From contig OZ024761.1 in assembly GCA_964016885.1 (NCBI GenBank), forward strand, positions 1,674,001 through 1,738,000: a stretch of DNA of 64,000 nt, read 5' to 3'. The notes under the pieces were generated by a model. It was given only the letters and a program-made list of their open reading frames with translations. It searched no databases and was not told the origin of the DNA. Positions 57,016 through 64,000 of the stretch are shown one piece after another (positions within the stretch are counted from its first letter, which is position 1; every line of letters starts with the position of its first letter). Position numbers and translations under genes: made by a program. Source of the DNA: Eledone cirrhosa (taxonomy: Eukaryota).

Positions 57016-60000
57016 CATCATCATCATCATCACCGTTTTACGTCCGTTCTTCCACGCTAGCATGGGTTAGATGGGTTGTCCTGTTGTGGGCAGTGTCTGG
57101 TCGGCTGACCATGCCTTGCTCATACAGGAACTGATCTGGCTTGATATATATATGTATATTTATATATATATATATTTAAGAAAATCAACAAAGAAAAGAG
57201 AAGACAGCGAATGAAAACAAAACAAAACAAAAAACAATTTTTGAAAAGGAAACCGTTAAACCATAAAGCTACAAAAAACATACAATTTTGTGTGACATTA
57301 GTGAAAAAAAATATATATCATCACCATCACTGTTTTACGTCCATTCTTCCATGGGTTAGACGGGTTGTCCTGTTGTAGGCAATGCCAGGTCGAGTGACCT
57401 TGGCTTGCTCATATGGGAACTGATGCTGGCTTGATTTCTACAGCTGGATGCCCTTCCTAACACCAACCTCATTTACAGTGAGTGCTAGGTGCTTTTTTAC
57501 CGTGGCGCCTACATGTCCACTTTACAAATGGCTTGTACCCTTGGGAAGTCAGGTCTTCTGCATATATATATATATTAAGTGTTTCCGAAGGAAAGGAGAG
57601 TGTGCTATGTAAGCTACAGAGCTATTTAGTTATGTAATAAACAACAGAAGACAATTATTCCATTTACCAAAGGTTTCACGAAGACAGACGAGCTCGTCTG
57701 TCTTCATAAAACCTTTCGTAAATGGAATAATTGTCTTATGTTGTTTAATGGCGCATGTCTCTCGGACATGACACCCTTAATTTAATTTTGGAATTATATA
57801 TATATATATTTTTTTTCTGCCATAGTTTGTCAATATGGAAGGTTTGGTGCCAACTGCAGCAGTATATGTCACTGTACAGACAACAGCAAGTGTACCCCAG
57901 TGTCAGGGACCTGTTCAAGTGGGGGTTGTATTGCTGGATATGAGGGTAACAATTGTCAGTTAAGTAAGTATATATTTGTTGTTGTTGCTATTGTTGTTTT
58001 TGTTGCTATTGTTGTTTTGTTGTTATTTTGTTATTGATGGGCAACAGCAACAAACTCCCTCTTACACCAATGGCCAGTCAACACAGGCTGGAGATAGAAT
58101 GTGTAGCAACAAGAGCGGTGCCCCAGCATGGCCTCTGCCAGATGGCTGGAACAGATAAAAATGTAAGAGATGTTGTTGATGGCTGCTATTTTTGTTTGTT
58201 GTTGTTATTTTGTTATTGTTTTTGTTGTTGTTGTTGCTATTGTTGTTTGTTTTTGTTATTCATGTTATTGTTGTTGATGATGGTTGCTGTTGTTGTTATT
58301 GATGTTTACTGTTATTCTTGTACATTCTCTACATTTCACATCTCACACAATTCACATCTATATTTCACATTATACAATCCACACCTTTACAGTTCACATA
58401 TCCTACATTTCACATCACCTACATTTCACATCTCTTACATTTTACATCCTTACATTTCACATCTCCTACATTTCACATCTCTTACATTTCACATCTCTTA
58501 CATTTCATATCTACTACAGTTCACATATCCTACATTTCACATCTCCTACATTCCGCATCCCTACATTTCACATCTACATTTCACATCCCTACATTTCACA
58601 CCCACTACATTTCATATTCCTACATTTCATATTCCTACATTTCACATCCCATACATTTCACAACTCATACATTGTATATCACATACATTTCACATCTCAT
58701 TCCATCTAACTTCTATATTCTTCATATTTAATGTACCCAGAGTGTAGAAGTGGTAAATTTGGTGACAACTGTATTAACTCATGTCACTGTGCCAACAACA
58801 GCAAGTGTGACCCCATCACAGGTGTATGTTCCAGTGGTGGCTGTGAAGCTGGCTATCAAGGTAGCAATTGTCAGACAGGTGAGTCATTCAGTAGATCTTC
58901 TATGCTATTTGTATTTCTAGGTGAGCACATGGCACTTCAAAGTGAGATTCCAAACTTACCAAGGAAAGAGTGACATGAAAAGACCAAGGCTCCTTTGGGG
59001 TGCATTTTTGTCAGAGGCCAGTTAAACCTACATAGGTAGAGCTGTAACATGATAGGCCTGGGGTCCTTATTATTAAAACACCCAGAATATTTCCTATGGA
59101 GTGCATCCTTGTGGGGGGGGCCAGCCAAACCTACATAAATGTGAGCTGTAACAACAACATGATAGGCATGGTGTCCTTACCATTGAAACACCCAGAATAC
59201 TTCCTATGGGGTGACAACCTCATAGGAGGCCGACTAAGCCTATAAAGGTGCTTGTTTAAAAAAAATAAAACTTGACTATAAACCAAATGGATACACCATT
59301 TTTTGTCTTCTTCACTGATACTCTCCCCATGTGCCTTCTCCTCCTGCTTTCCACCACTACTATATTGGACTCTGTTCCTCGGAGTATTCTAGGTTCATGC
59401 CACCTCCACTCAGACATTTTCAACTGACTCCTCTCTCTTCTTTTCGTCCCACATTTTGTATCCACTTGGTGCCACCCTAATTAGTACAACCTCTCAAGAA
59501 CTGGTGCACCCAGGTCACTCAGTAAAGTGGTTGGTTACAAGAGGAATACCCAACCAGTAAAACCAAGCCAAAACTATGTAAAGCACAAATGTACCAATGT
59601 TTTTAATTAACCTTTCGTGTTCAAACCGGCCCAAACCGGCCAGAATTCTCTACCTCTTTCTGTTGATATTGGCTGTAACTGGTCGCTCAAACTGATGTTA
59701 AGGTATTGTTCTCAAAATAAATACTTTCAAAATCTCATAGATTCGATATTATGTGAGATAATTATGTGAGATAAAGCCTTTACCATGAAAATACAATAGT
59801 ATATATAGAGCAATATGAATGGTAAAGGGTTAATAATGATTTCTTAATTTTGGAGTAAAGAGAAAGTCAGTTGATTATATCTACCCCAGTTTTTAACTGG
59901 TACATTATTTTATCAAGCTTGTAAAAATGACATTCAAGTTTGACCTGAGCAAGATTTGAACTCAGAACTCAGAAGTTCTGCAAAGCATTTCATCCAACAA

Positions 60001-61031
60001 ACACTCTAACAGTTCTGCCCATTTCTTTCCCCTTTACAACAAAAGGATGACATTGTTCATCTAGAAAACACACGTGGTGTTTATGAGGCTGTTTGCTGGC
60101 AAACAAACTGAATATTAATGATATTATAATACTATTATAACATTATTGTTATCCAGTGTATTACTAATAAAGTACCAGTAATACACTGGGATAATTGCTA
60201 GCCTTGTGCAAAAAGTAGAAATAATTATTATTGAATCGCGAGGGTGGTGGATTGGCAGTATCGGTAGAGGGTCGGATGCCATGCTTTGCAGCATAGAGTT
60301 ACGGTTCTTTACGGTCTGAGTTCAAATCCCGCCGAGGTTAACTTTGCCTTTCATCCTTACAGGGTCGATACCAGTAATGCACTGGGGTAATTGCTGGCCT
60401 TATGTCAAAAGTCAAAACAATTCTTATTCACTCATGAATAAATAATAAATAATAGCTCTATATTTCAGAGTGCTCCAGTGGCAAGTTTGGTAAAGATTGT
60501 AGCTATAGCTGTCACTGCTATGACAATAGCACGTGTAACCCTAAATCTGGTACCTGTTCGAGTGGTGGGTGTACACCTGGCTATAAAGGTAACAACTGTC
60601 AAACAGGTGAGTGAAATGAAAGAAGCTAATTACTCTGTGCAACATATATGAATTCTTGTTTTATCTCTCAAAACTTTAGGTTGTTCTTTATTAGTCATTC
60701 CCAAAGTGGGATCCATGGAACCCAAGTGTTCTGCAAAGGAATGTCTGGGGTTCCATGAAAAAAAGGTAGAGAAGTATATTTATATTCAAACCATATAATA
60801 ATATGAGACTTTGGGATTCCGCCAGAAGTTTCTGAACCAAAAAGGGTTTGCTTTTTTTTTTTTTAACAAACAATGTTTTTGTTTCTTTGAAAGTCTGCCA
60901 GAATGGTAGATTTGGCAGCAACTGTGAAGGTATATGTCACTGTGTAGACAGTAACAAATGTGACTCAGTGACAGGAATATGTTCTGATGGAAGATGTGTT
61001 GCTGGTTTTGAAGGAAGAAACTGCCAAAATG
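2898..61031 (+). CDS. Partial multi-exon gene: FTP/fucolectin-domain plus multiple-EGF (MEGF10/11/SREC-like) protein, 41 exons, 5' and 3' ends outside window or not seen
   Basis: 41 stop-free exons with AG acceptors and GT donors, all phase 1-1. They join into one frame: 144+258+189+135+37x138 = 5832 nt. 8-Cys repeat CxxGxFGxNCxxxCHCx5CxxxxGxCxxGGCxxGYxGxNCQ. Confidence 0.93.
3574..3831 (+). CDS. Exon, FTP/fucolectin domain N-terminal half (258 nt)
   Basis: tttcag|GA...A|gtaagt; [10 protein letters not shown]...[21 protein letters not shown]...[19 protein letters not shown] matches the FTP motifs N(I/L)AxGKxAxQ, AVDGN, CSHT, WxVDL. Confidence 0.9.
3911..4954. mobile_element. hAT-type MITE with nested RTE-LINE 3' fragment and SINE pieces
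   Basis: 14-bp perfect TIR cagaggttctcaaa; 8-bp TSD ctctagaa (3903-3910, 4955-4962). Confidence 0.9.
4080..4472 (+). mobile_element. RTE-clade LINE 3' fragment
   Basis: [28 protein letters not shown]...GRRSRGRS then 3'UTR and (GAT)n tail. Sister copy on minus strand at about 12390-12742; tail-only copy at about 56675-56803. Confidence 0.85.
5192..5412. mobile_element. piggyBac-like MITE (TTAA target) nested in a SINE
   Basis: TTAA|ccctttagcattta ... taaatgctaaaggg|TTAA. Other copies at about 5701-6236, 8344-8641, 11417-11637, 32186-32345, 51475-51695, 59607-59833. Confidence 0.88.
6484..6672 (+). CDS. Exon, FTP/fucolectin domain C-terminal half (189 nt)
   Basis: ctgcag|CA...C|gtaagt; ...[33 protein letters not shown], the typical FTP C-terminal L(S/T)LCEVEV(F/Y). 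Confidence 0.9.
9093..9227 (+). CDS. Exon, divergent EGF repeat (135 nt)
   Basis: ttctag|AA...G|gtgagt; [44 protein letters not shown]. Confidence 0.9.
9229..9692. repeat. GGT/GGA-rich low-complexity repeat
   Basis: (ggt)n mixed with gtggagtgtag units directly after an exon donor. Confidence 0.9.
10009..10146 (+). CDS. 138-nt EGF exon 1
   Basis: tgtag|...|gtaagt; [45 protein letters not shown]. Confidence 0.9.
10537..10674 (+). CDS. 138-nt EGF exon 2
   Basis: tgcag|...|gttagt; [45 protein letters not shown]. Confidence 0.9.
10811..11091. mobile_element. hAT-type MITE
   Basis: cagggg...cccctg ends; exact 8-bp TSD ttctaggg (10803-10810, 11092-11099). Confidence 0.88.
12918..13588. mobile_element. 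pogo/Tigger-like MITE containing a tandem run of SINE copies
   Basis: Imperfect TIR cgtatttcccggcgtc / ggcgtcaggaaatacag-TA; three SINE bodies in tandem at 13017-13510. Confidence 0.7.
13617..13754 (+). CDS. 138-nt EGF exon 3
   Basis: ctcag|...|gtaagt; [45 protein letters not shown]. Confidence 0.9.
13783..14130. repeat. 51-bp minisatellite (~7 units) followed by GAT/GGT microsatellite to ~14485
   Basis: Unit gaagagacagggaccacgacagtatttagggactcactgattggtggaaga. Confidence 0.9.
14509..14646 (+). CDS. 138-nt EGF exon 4
   Basis: ttcag|...|gtatgt; [45 protein letters not shown]. Confidence 0.9.
14744..15692 (+). mobile_element. 5'-truncated, internally deleted non-LTR retrotransposon (RTE-like reverse transcriptase)
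   Basis: [24 protein letters not shown], (F)[25 protein letters not shown] joined directly to [14 protein letters not shown]; RLRFAGHCW; (TGA)n tail; frameshifts. Confidence 0.92.
16820..16999. repeat. Long palindrome (~83-bp arms, 15-nt loop) containing a hammerhead motif; Penelope-like terminus
   Basis: Arms 16820-16902 and 16918-16999 are near-perfect reverse complements. Confidence 0.9.
16847..16895 (-). ncRNA. Minimal type I hammerhead ribozyme motif
   Basis: Minus strand: cagg CTGAAGA aatttggggccgagaacccaac GAAA c ttga g TA cctg; stem I acagg/cctgt, GUA triplet. Confidence 0.6.
17092..17212. repeat. Near-perfect 121-bp palindrome
   Basis: tatacttggggaggg...cacactca-c-tgagtgtg...ccctccccaagtata with one mismatch. 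Confidence 0.92.
17339..17476 (+). CDS. 138-nt EGF exon 5
   Basis: tatag|...|gtaagt; [45 protein letters not shown]. Confidence 0.9.
17997..18120 (+). ncRNA. Type I hammerhead ribozyme motif, copy 1
   Basis: tcca CTGATGA g[tttataaga...tcttataa]c GAAA c agcc g TC tgga; predicted cleavage after C18116. Confidence 0.75.
19438..19561 (+). ncRNA. Type I hammerhead ribozyme motif, copy 2
   Basis: tcca CTGATGA g...t GAAA cggccg TC tgga; palindromic stem III ACGGCCGT; predicted cleavage after C19557. Confidence 0.72.
20682..20819 (+). CDS. 138-nt EGF exon 6
   Basis: ttcag|...|gtaagt; [33 protein letters not shown]... Confidence 0.88.
21510..21647 (+). CDS. 138-nt EGF exon 7
   Basis: cacag|...|gtaagt; [33 protein letters not shown]... 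Confidence 0.88.
21811..21965 (+). pseudogene. Frameshifted EGF pseudo-exon (155 nt = 138+17)
   Basis: Intact ttttcag acceptor and [25 protein letters not shown], then a 17-nt insertion ctagatgtaatacagag. Ends in weak cag|gtgtgt instead of gtaagt. Confidence 0.85.
22697..22834 (+). CDS. 138-nt EGF exon 8
   Basis: cacag|...|gtaagt; [33 protein letters not shown]... Confidence 0.88.
23108..24340. repeat. 48-bp minisatellite (~26 units)
   Basis: Unit attaaccctttcattaccatatttctaatgaaagacactgtctatgtc. Further blocks at about 26543-26638, 26990-27272, 29508-29862. Confidence 0.95.
24706..26279. mobile_element. hAT non-autonomous element with internal 31-bp minisatellite (copy 1)
   Basis: Ends taggggacatc / gatgccgacctctg; TSD gtatagat (24698-24705, 26280-26287); array gtggcctgctggtgagacactgcatagctat at about 25316-26250. 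Confidence 0.88.
26390..26527 (+). CDS. 138-nt EGF exon 9
   Basis: tccag|...|gtatat (weaker donor); [27 protein letters not shown]... Confidence 0.8.
27640..29244. mobile_element. hAT non-autonomous element with internal 31-bp minisatellite (copy 2)
   Basis: Same TSD gtatagat and the same flanks as copy 1; part of a ~2.95-kb tandem duplication. Confidence 0.88.
29355..29492 (+). CDS. 138-nt EGF exon 10 (duplicate of exon 9)
   Basis: Same sequence and splice sites as 26390-26527, 2965 bp downstream. Confidence 0.8.
30137..30274 (+). CDS. 138-nt EGF exon 11
   Basis: tacag|...|gtaagt; [37 protein letters not shown]... Confidence 0.88.
30960..31365 (-). mobile_element. CR1/L2-like LINE 3' end fragment
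   Basis: [42 protein letters not shown] plus (TAT)n tail. Related pieces at about 32714-32905(+), 36962-37090, 37202-37332, 63508-63772. Confidence 0.8.
31628..31765 (+). CDS. 138-nt EGF exon 12
   Basis: tccag|...|gtaagc; [45 protein letters not shown]. Confidence 0.88.
33268..33405 (+). CDS. 138-nt EGF exon 13
   Basis: tgtag|...|gtaagt; [45 protein letters not shown]. Confidence 0.9.
33420..34600. repeat. CAT/CAC microsatellite then (GTGTAT/GTGA) compound repeat
   Basis: Low-complexity runs 33420-33940 and 33942-34600. Confidence 0.95.
34851..36632. repeat. 1.8-kb (ACC/ACT)n-GCCATT compound trinucleotide satellite
   Basis: accaccactgccatt-based units of variable length. Confidence 0.95.
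37333..37632. repeat. 300-bp fold-back palindrome spanning a MITE/SINE junction
   Basis: cacaagcctttactgtg...caaatctcg-t-cgaggttg...cacagtaaaggcttgtg, centre ~37483. Confidence 0.9.
38556..39071 (+). repeat. Exon-derived 38-bp minisatellite
   Basis: Unit ggtgtggtgctggttatgaaggtaacaactgtcagaca = 3' part of the EGF exon; ends in an intact cag|gtaagtggtgtagtatagc. Confidence 0.9.
39794..39931 (+). CDS. 138-nt EGF exon 14
   Basis: ttcag|...|gtaagt; [16 protein letters not shown]...[13 protein letters not shown]. Confidence 0.87.
40182..40319 (+). CDS. 138-nt EGF exon 15
   Basis: ttcag|...|gtaagc; [27 protein letters not shown]... Confidence 0.87.
40922..41059 (+). CDS. 138-nt EGF exon 16 (A type)
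   Basis: ttcag|...|gtaagt; [16 protein letters not shown]...GCTAG. Confidence 0.87.
41572..41709 (+). CDS. 138-nt EGF exon 17 (B type)
   Basis: ttcag|...|gtaagt; [16 protein letters not shown]...GYENSNCQT. Confidence 0.87.
42096..42233 (+). CDS. 138-nt EGF exon 18 (A type)
   Basis: ttcag|...|gtaagt; [16 protein letters not shown]...GCTAG. Confidence 0.87.
42746..42883 (+). CDS. 138-nt EGF exon 19 (B context, KYT chimera)
   Basis: ttcag|...|gtaagt; [16 protein letters not shown]...GCAAGYEG. Confidence 0.87.
43253..43390 (+). CDS. 138-nt EGF exon 20 (A type)
   Basis: ttcag|...|gtaagt; open 46 codons. Confidence 0.87.
43865..44983 (+). mobile_element. Non-autonomous Helitron (1119 bp)
   Basis: A|TCTACTATATAAA ... 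cccgagtaatgccagg hairpin-like ... CCAG|T, no TSD; empty site gtgaa|ttattaaat in the paralogous intron at ~40882. Confidence 0.88.
45023..45160 (+). CDS. 138-nt EGF exon 21 (A type variant)
   Basis: ttcag|...|gtaagt; [16 protein letters not shown]... Confidence 0.84.
45674..45811 (+). CDS. 138-nt EGF exon 22 (B type)
   Basis: ttcag|...|gtaagt; [18 protein letters not shown]... Confidence 0.87.
46198..46335 (+). CDS. 138-nt EGF exon 23 (A type)
   Basis: ttcag|...|gtaagt; open 46 codons. Confidence 0.87.
46848..46985 (+). CDS. 138-nt EGF exon 24
   Basis: ttcag|...|gtaagc; [22 protein letters not shown]...GECGAG. Confidence 0.87.
47103..47524 (-). mobile_element. Solo LTR (422 bp), Gypsy-like
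   Basis: 4-bp TSD TACT (47099-47102, 47525-47528); minus strand starts TGTAGCAAGAGTTGC, TATAAA at 47410-47405, ends GTAACCCTGTTATA; empty site cctcaTACTcatgc at ~47953. Confidence 0.8.
47566..47703 (+). CDS. 138-nt EGF exon 25
   Basis: tctag|...|gtaagc; [27 protein letters not shown]... Confidence 0.87.
47989..48126 (+). CDS. 138-nt EGF exon 26 (B type)
   Basis: ttcag|...|gtaagt; CGNTCHC...GYENSNCQT. Confidence 0.87.
48514..48651 (+). CDS. 138-nt EGF exon 27 (A type)
   Basis: ttcag|...|gtaagt; open 46 codons. Confidence 0.87.
49164..49301 (+). CDS. 138-nt EGF exon 28 (B type)
   Basis: ttcag|...|gtaagt; CGNTCHC...GYENSNCQT. Confidence 0.87.
49672..49809 (+). CDS. 138-nt EGF exon 29 (A type)
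   Basis: ttcag|...|gtaagt; open 46 codons. Confidence 0.87.
50322..50459 (+). CDS. 138-nt EGF exon 30 (B type)
   Basis: ttcag|...|gtaagt; CGNTCHC...GYEGSNCQT. Confidence 0.87.
50846..50983 (+). CDS. 138-nt EGF exon 31
   Basis: ttcag|...|gtaagt; CKYTCHC...[13 protein letters not shown]. Confidence 0.87.
51278..52006 (+). mobile_element. Deleted hAT (Charlie/SPIN/GTF2IRD2-like) transposon with nested piggyBac-like MITE
   Basis: caggggttggc...gccaatcgctg ends. Removing the TTAA MITE (51475-51695) restores [50 protein letters not shown]. Confidence 0.85.
52034..52171 (+). CDS. 138-nt EGF exon 32
   Basis: tacag|...|gttagt; [45 protein letters not shown]. Confidence 0.9.
53182..53514 (+). mobile_element. 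tRNA-derived CORE-like SINE family 2, full length
   Basis: A/B boxes (gtggcttcatgg, gagttcaattcc), core ttgtgtccttgagcaagacactttatttc..ttgctccagtccactcagctgg, (CTA)n tail, TSD agagtggt. Related copies at about 3190-3405, 5090-5620, 7290-7540, 19984-20120, 21280-21415, 30650-30790. Confidence 0.85.
53524..55638. repeat. 51-bp minisatellite (~41 units)
   Basis: Unit atagttagtatagtgaatggtatagtggtagttagtagcgtactagttaca; seed copy at 53113-53177. Confidence 0.95.
55709..55846 (+). CDS. 138-nt EGF exon 33
   Basis: tttag|...|gtaagt; [33 protein letters not shown]... Confidence 0.9.
57638..57747. repeat. 110-bp palindrome centred on GAGCTC
   Basis: taaacaacagaagacaattattcc...gacgag|ctcgtc...ggaataattgtcttatgttgttta. 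Confidence 0.88.
57826..57963 (+). CDS. 138-nt EGF exon 34
   Basis: catag|...|gtaagt; [45 protein letters not shown]. Confidence 0.9.
   Translation, partial: FVNMEGLVPTAAVYVTVQTTASVPQCQGPVQVGVVLLDMRVTIVS
58320..58700. repeat. ~16-bp (tttcacatctcctaca) minisatellite
   Basis: Degenerate tandem units just upstream of exon 58741. Confidence 0.85.
58741..58878 (+). CDS. 138-nt EGF exon 35
   Basis: cccag|...|gtgagt; [45 protein letters not shown]. Confidence 0.9.
60469..60606 (+). CDS. 138-nt EGF exon 36
   Basis: ttcag|...|gtgagt; [45 protein letters not shown]. Confidence 0.9.
60894..61031 (+). CDS. 138-nt EGF exon 37
   Basis: tgaaag| (AAG acceptor)...|gtgagt; [45 protein letters not shown]. 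Confidence 0.88.
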
Positions 61032-61125
61032 GTGAGTAAAACTAAATATCGAATTTCCATTCTTTCTTTTTTTTTTTGTTTTCTTTTTTTTTTATGGGAG
61101 TGGGGGGGGGGGGGGGGGGGGGGGG

Positions 61126-61350
61126 CAGATTTGTAAATTAAAATAAAAGCTGGTGAATTGACAGTATCTTTTTCAATATCTTTTATTCACCTCTTTATAA
61201 TATGTAAGGACACTGTGTCAGTTGTTTACAGTTTAAACCAGATTTGTAAATTAAAATAAAAGCTGGTGAATTGACAGTATCTTTTTCAATATCTTTTATT
61301 CACCTCTTTATAATATGTAAGGACACTGTGTCAGTTGTTTACAGTTCAAA
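61126..61350. repeat. 113-bp tandem duplication after a poly-G run
   Basis: cagatttgtaaattaaaataaaagctgg... at 61126 and 61239; G run 61102-61125. Confidence 0.9.
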
Positions 61351-62645
61351 CCCATGCAAGCGTGGAACATGGACGTTAAACGTTGATGATGATGATGATG
61401 ATGATGAGATCAATGAACTGTCATCTCTATCTAACACTAACACAAGTGGTAAAGTTGTTGGATTTACAATCATAATGTTGTGGGTTTGATTCCTGGACTT
61501 GGCTGTGCATTGCGTTCTTAAGCAAAACATTCATGCGTAGTATACTCAGTTGAAAATGAGTACCAGCAATTGCTGGGGGATTTTAAATTCCATCCTGCAC
61601 AGGACAGGTGTCCTGTGCAGGATGAAATTCTGTACTCTCAGTTGCTTCACACCATGGAAACCGAGATAAGCACATTCCACCCTTCTCTCAGGCATTGCAT
61701 AACTAGGACTACACTATTTAATGTGTGCTTTCCTTTTTATCATACTAATCTATAATTTGGCTGTTACTTGTTCTGAGTCTAAAGTCTGTCTCAAGCCAGG
61801 ATGCTAATCAGGCCAGTGTTTACCTTGGTTTCCATGGTGTTAAGCGACTGACAGTAAAAAATTCCAGCCTAGACAGGACACCAGTCCATTGCAGAGAAAA
61901 CCTCCCAGCAATTGTTGATACTCATTTCCAACTGAGTATACTGAGTATATAGGCAGTGAATTGGCAGAGTCGTTAGAACATCAGATAGAATGCTTTGTGG
62001 TATTCGTTCCAACTCTCTGCTCTCTGAGTTCAAATCCCGCTGAGGTCAACTTTGCCTTTCATCCTTTTGATGTCAATAAAAAAGTACCAGTCTAGTACTG
62101 GGGTCGATTCTTCTTCTATATCTCTTTCTCATTTCCTCTCTCTCACTTTCTATCTTTCTCTGGAAGAAATCTGCTGTACGCAGGCCTGGACAGGGGTGGG
62201 CTCCGCCTGGCTTAAAATGCCCAAGAAATGATGCATGCTAATACGGCACCTCTATGACTCTGTCAGGAGTTACAGGACCATACATACATACTGAGTATAA
62301 TGTTTTGCTCAAGAACATAACACACAACCCAGTCCAAGAATGAAACCCAGAACATGATTGTAAGTTTAACACCATTTACACTTGTGTTAGTGTTAAATAG
62401 AGCATGAAAGTTTATTAGCTTTGTTGCAATTAGTTGAGACACGAAATAACTGGCACAATGTCCTTTCCTATTGTAAGAGGTGAATAAAAGAGTTCACACA
62501 CACATACACATAAACACACACATGCACTCACACTCTAAAACACACAAACACACTCACACACATACTCTTTCACACTCTTAAATGCACAAATGTACTCACA
62601 CACACACACTTAAACACAGTAATGTAAATGTTAAATAGATTAAGG

Positions 62646-62930
62646 CAGTCATGGGTAACCTGCGGCCCACGAAGCTTTCTAAATGATTCACCTAAGTGAA
62701 ATCTTTCTGATTTTTTTACCCCAACTTTTCAGTTGTAATTTATCTTTCTATAATTTTTAACGATTGAGGAAAACAACGTGTACGAATTCTGAAGAAACAA
62801 ATCAAAACAACCTGAGTTATCACCCTTTTTTTTTTAATGTGGGCACAAATGTAAATTAGCGCTTGCGGCCTCCCTGATGATGAGCCATATCTCATGCAGC
62901 CCGCTTCTCGAAAAAGGTTGCCCATGCCTG
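62646..62930. mobile_element. hAT-type MITE
   Basis: cagtcatgggtaacc / ggttgcccatgcctg TIR; TSD gattaagg/ggttaagg (7/8). Confidence 0.78.
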
Positions 62931-62991
62931 GGTTAAGGGCTGAAACCCTTGCATGAGGCGAGAGGGTGGTTCTTCTCTGGTGACCTTCTCC

Positions 62992-63500
62992 TGTCCAACT
63001 TTCTTGAGAGTTTCTGACCACATAATACTACATAGTACGGCATAAATACTGTTACAAAATAAAATGCTTATAACTCCTTCAATATTTATTGTACCTAGCC
63101 ACAATTGTGGCACAAAGTAATTAATAAAATGTTTATTAACACCATGAAATCTTATTTGATATGCTTTCCTTTTGTTCTCACAACACCTCGAGATCATCTT
63201 TACATAGCCTCCTCATGGATCTCTCTGAAATTTCGGCCTCTTTCACCATTTTTCTCATGAATCTTTTTGGCTTACATCTGATTTTCTCATGCATGTATTT
63301 GATTAGTTTTGGTGTTCAGAAGGTGCTAGGACGTCCTGATCTTGGCTTGGCTTTTGTTGGGGAAGTTTCTTTGAAGTGATCAATGGTCCTTTTTATGAGC
63401 ATTTTGTTAATTTCAAGCTGTTTTCCAGTTATAAAAATCTGAGGTGGAGTCTACTTTTTTTCATGCTGTCCAATTATAAATTTTCCTTTCAATTCTAAGG
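62992..63500 (-). mobile_element. Tc1/mariner transposase N-terminal (HTH) remnant
   Basis: Minus strand IKRTIDHFKETSPTKAKPRSGRPSTF*TPKLIKYMHEKIRCKPKRFMRKMVKEAEISERSMRRLCKDDL. Confidence 0.78.
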
Positions 63501-64000
63501 ACATTTAAATAATAATAATAATGAAATTATTGTGTACACTGCTCAGGTGCATATATAGTACATAGAATAATGTATAAAGGTCAGGAAAGTGAACAGTGTA
63601 TGAGTCATGAAATACACACACATGCATGCGTGTGTATGGAAGGGGGATATCAGGTGTAGTGTTGGCGAATTTCAGGAAGCATGGAGGTTTTAAAAGATGT
63701 AGTGTCCCAGTAGCTAACAACTGATGCAGGTAATTTGTTCCATGCTTCAGCAACTCTGAACATGAAAAAATGTGCAATGAATCCTTATATAACCCCCAAA
63801 ACAGTTAGTATATAGTATTAGGTTAATATTTGAGCAATCAGATCAATAATAAAGTAATTATTATTGGTTTCTTATATAAGCATAAGGCCAGCAATTTGGG
63901 GGGGGGGTCTATTAAAGCGCTCCCTGTGTGTGACTGGTACTTTATTTTATCGACCCAGTAAGGATGAAAGGCAAAGTTAATCTGGGTGGGATTTGAACTC

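Noticed and set aside
61032-64000. Further exons or the gene's 3' end (TM domain, stop codon)
   Set aside because: Only SINE, MITE, Tc1 and CR1-like pieces found; the gene presumably continues beyond the window

Overview
Eukaryotic, AT-rich, repeat-dense animal DNA. The SINE/MITE complement looks like an octopod cephalopod (inference, not verified). Almost the whole window (2898-61031) is the interior of one plus-strand gene, with no start or stop codon seen. It has 41 intact GT-AG exons, all phase 1-1, giving about 1944 codons: one 8-Cys EGF-like exon, two exons forming a fucolectin/FTP (F5/8C-like) lectin domain, a 135-nt EGF exon, then 37 exons of exactly 138 nt, each encoding one 46-aa 8-Cys MEGF10/11/SREC-type EGF repeat. 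There is also one frameshifted pseudo-exon and several exon-derived fragments. The centre of the exon array (39.8-51 kb) is a young, homogenised ~1174-bp two-exon tandem unit with a ~6.42-kb higher-order duplication, while the edges are diverged. Introns hold Helitrons, hAT and piggyBac-like MITEs, mariner/Tc1 and LINE remnants, a solo LTR, two tRNA-SINE families, minisatellites and long palindromes. The most unexpected signal is two sense-strand type I hammerhead ribozyme motifs with a branched stem II, sitting in a ~570-bp direct repeat (retrozyme/Penelope-like) inside one intron, plus a further hammerhead motif in a nearby palindrome.
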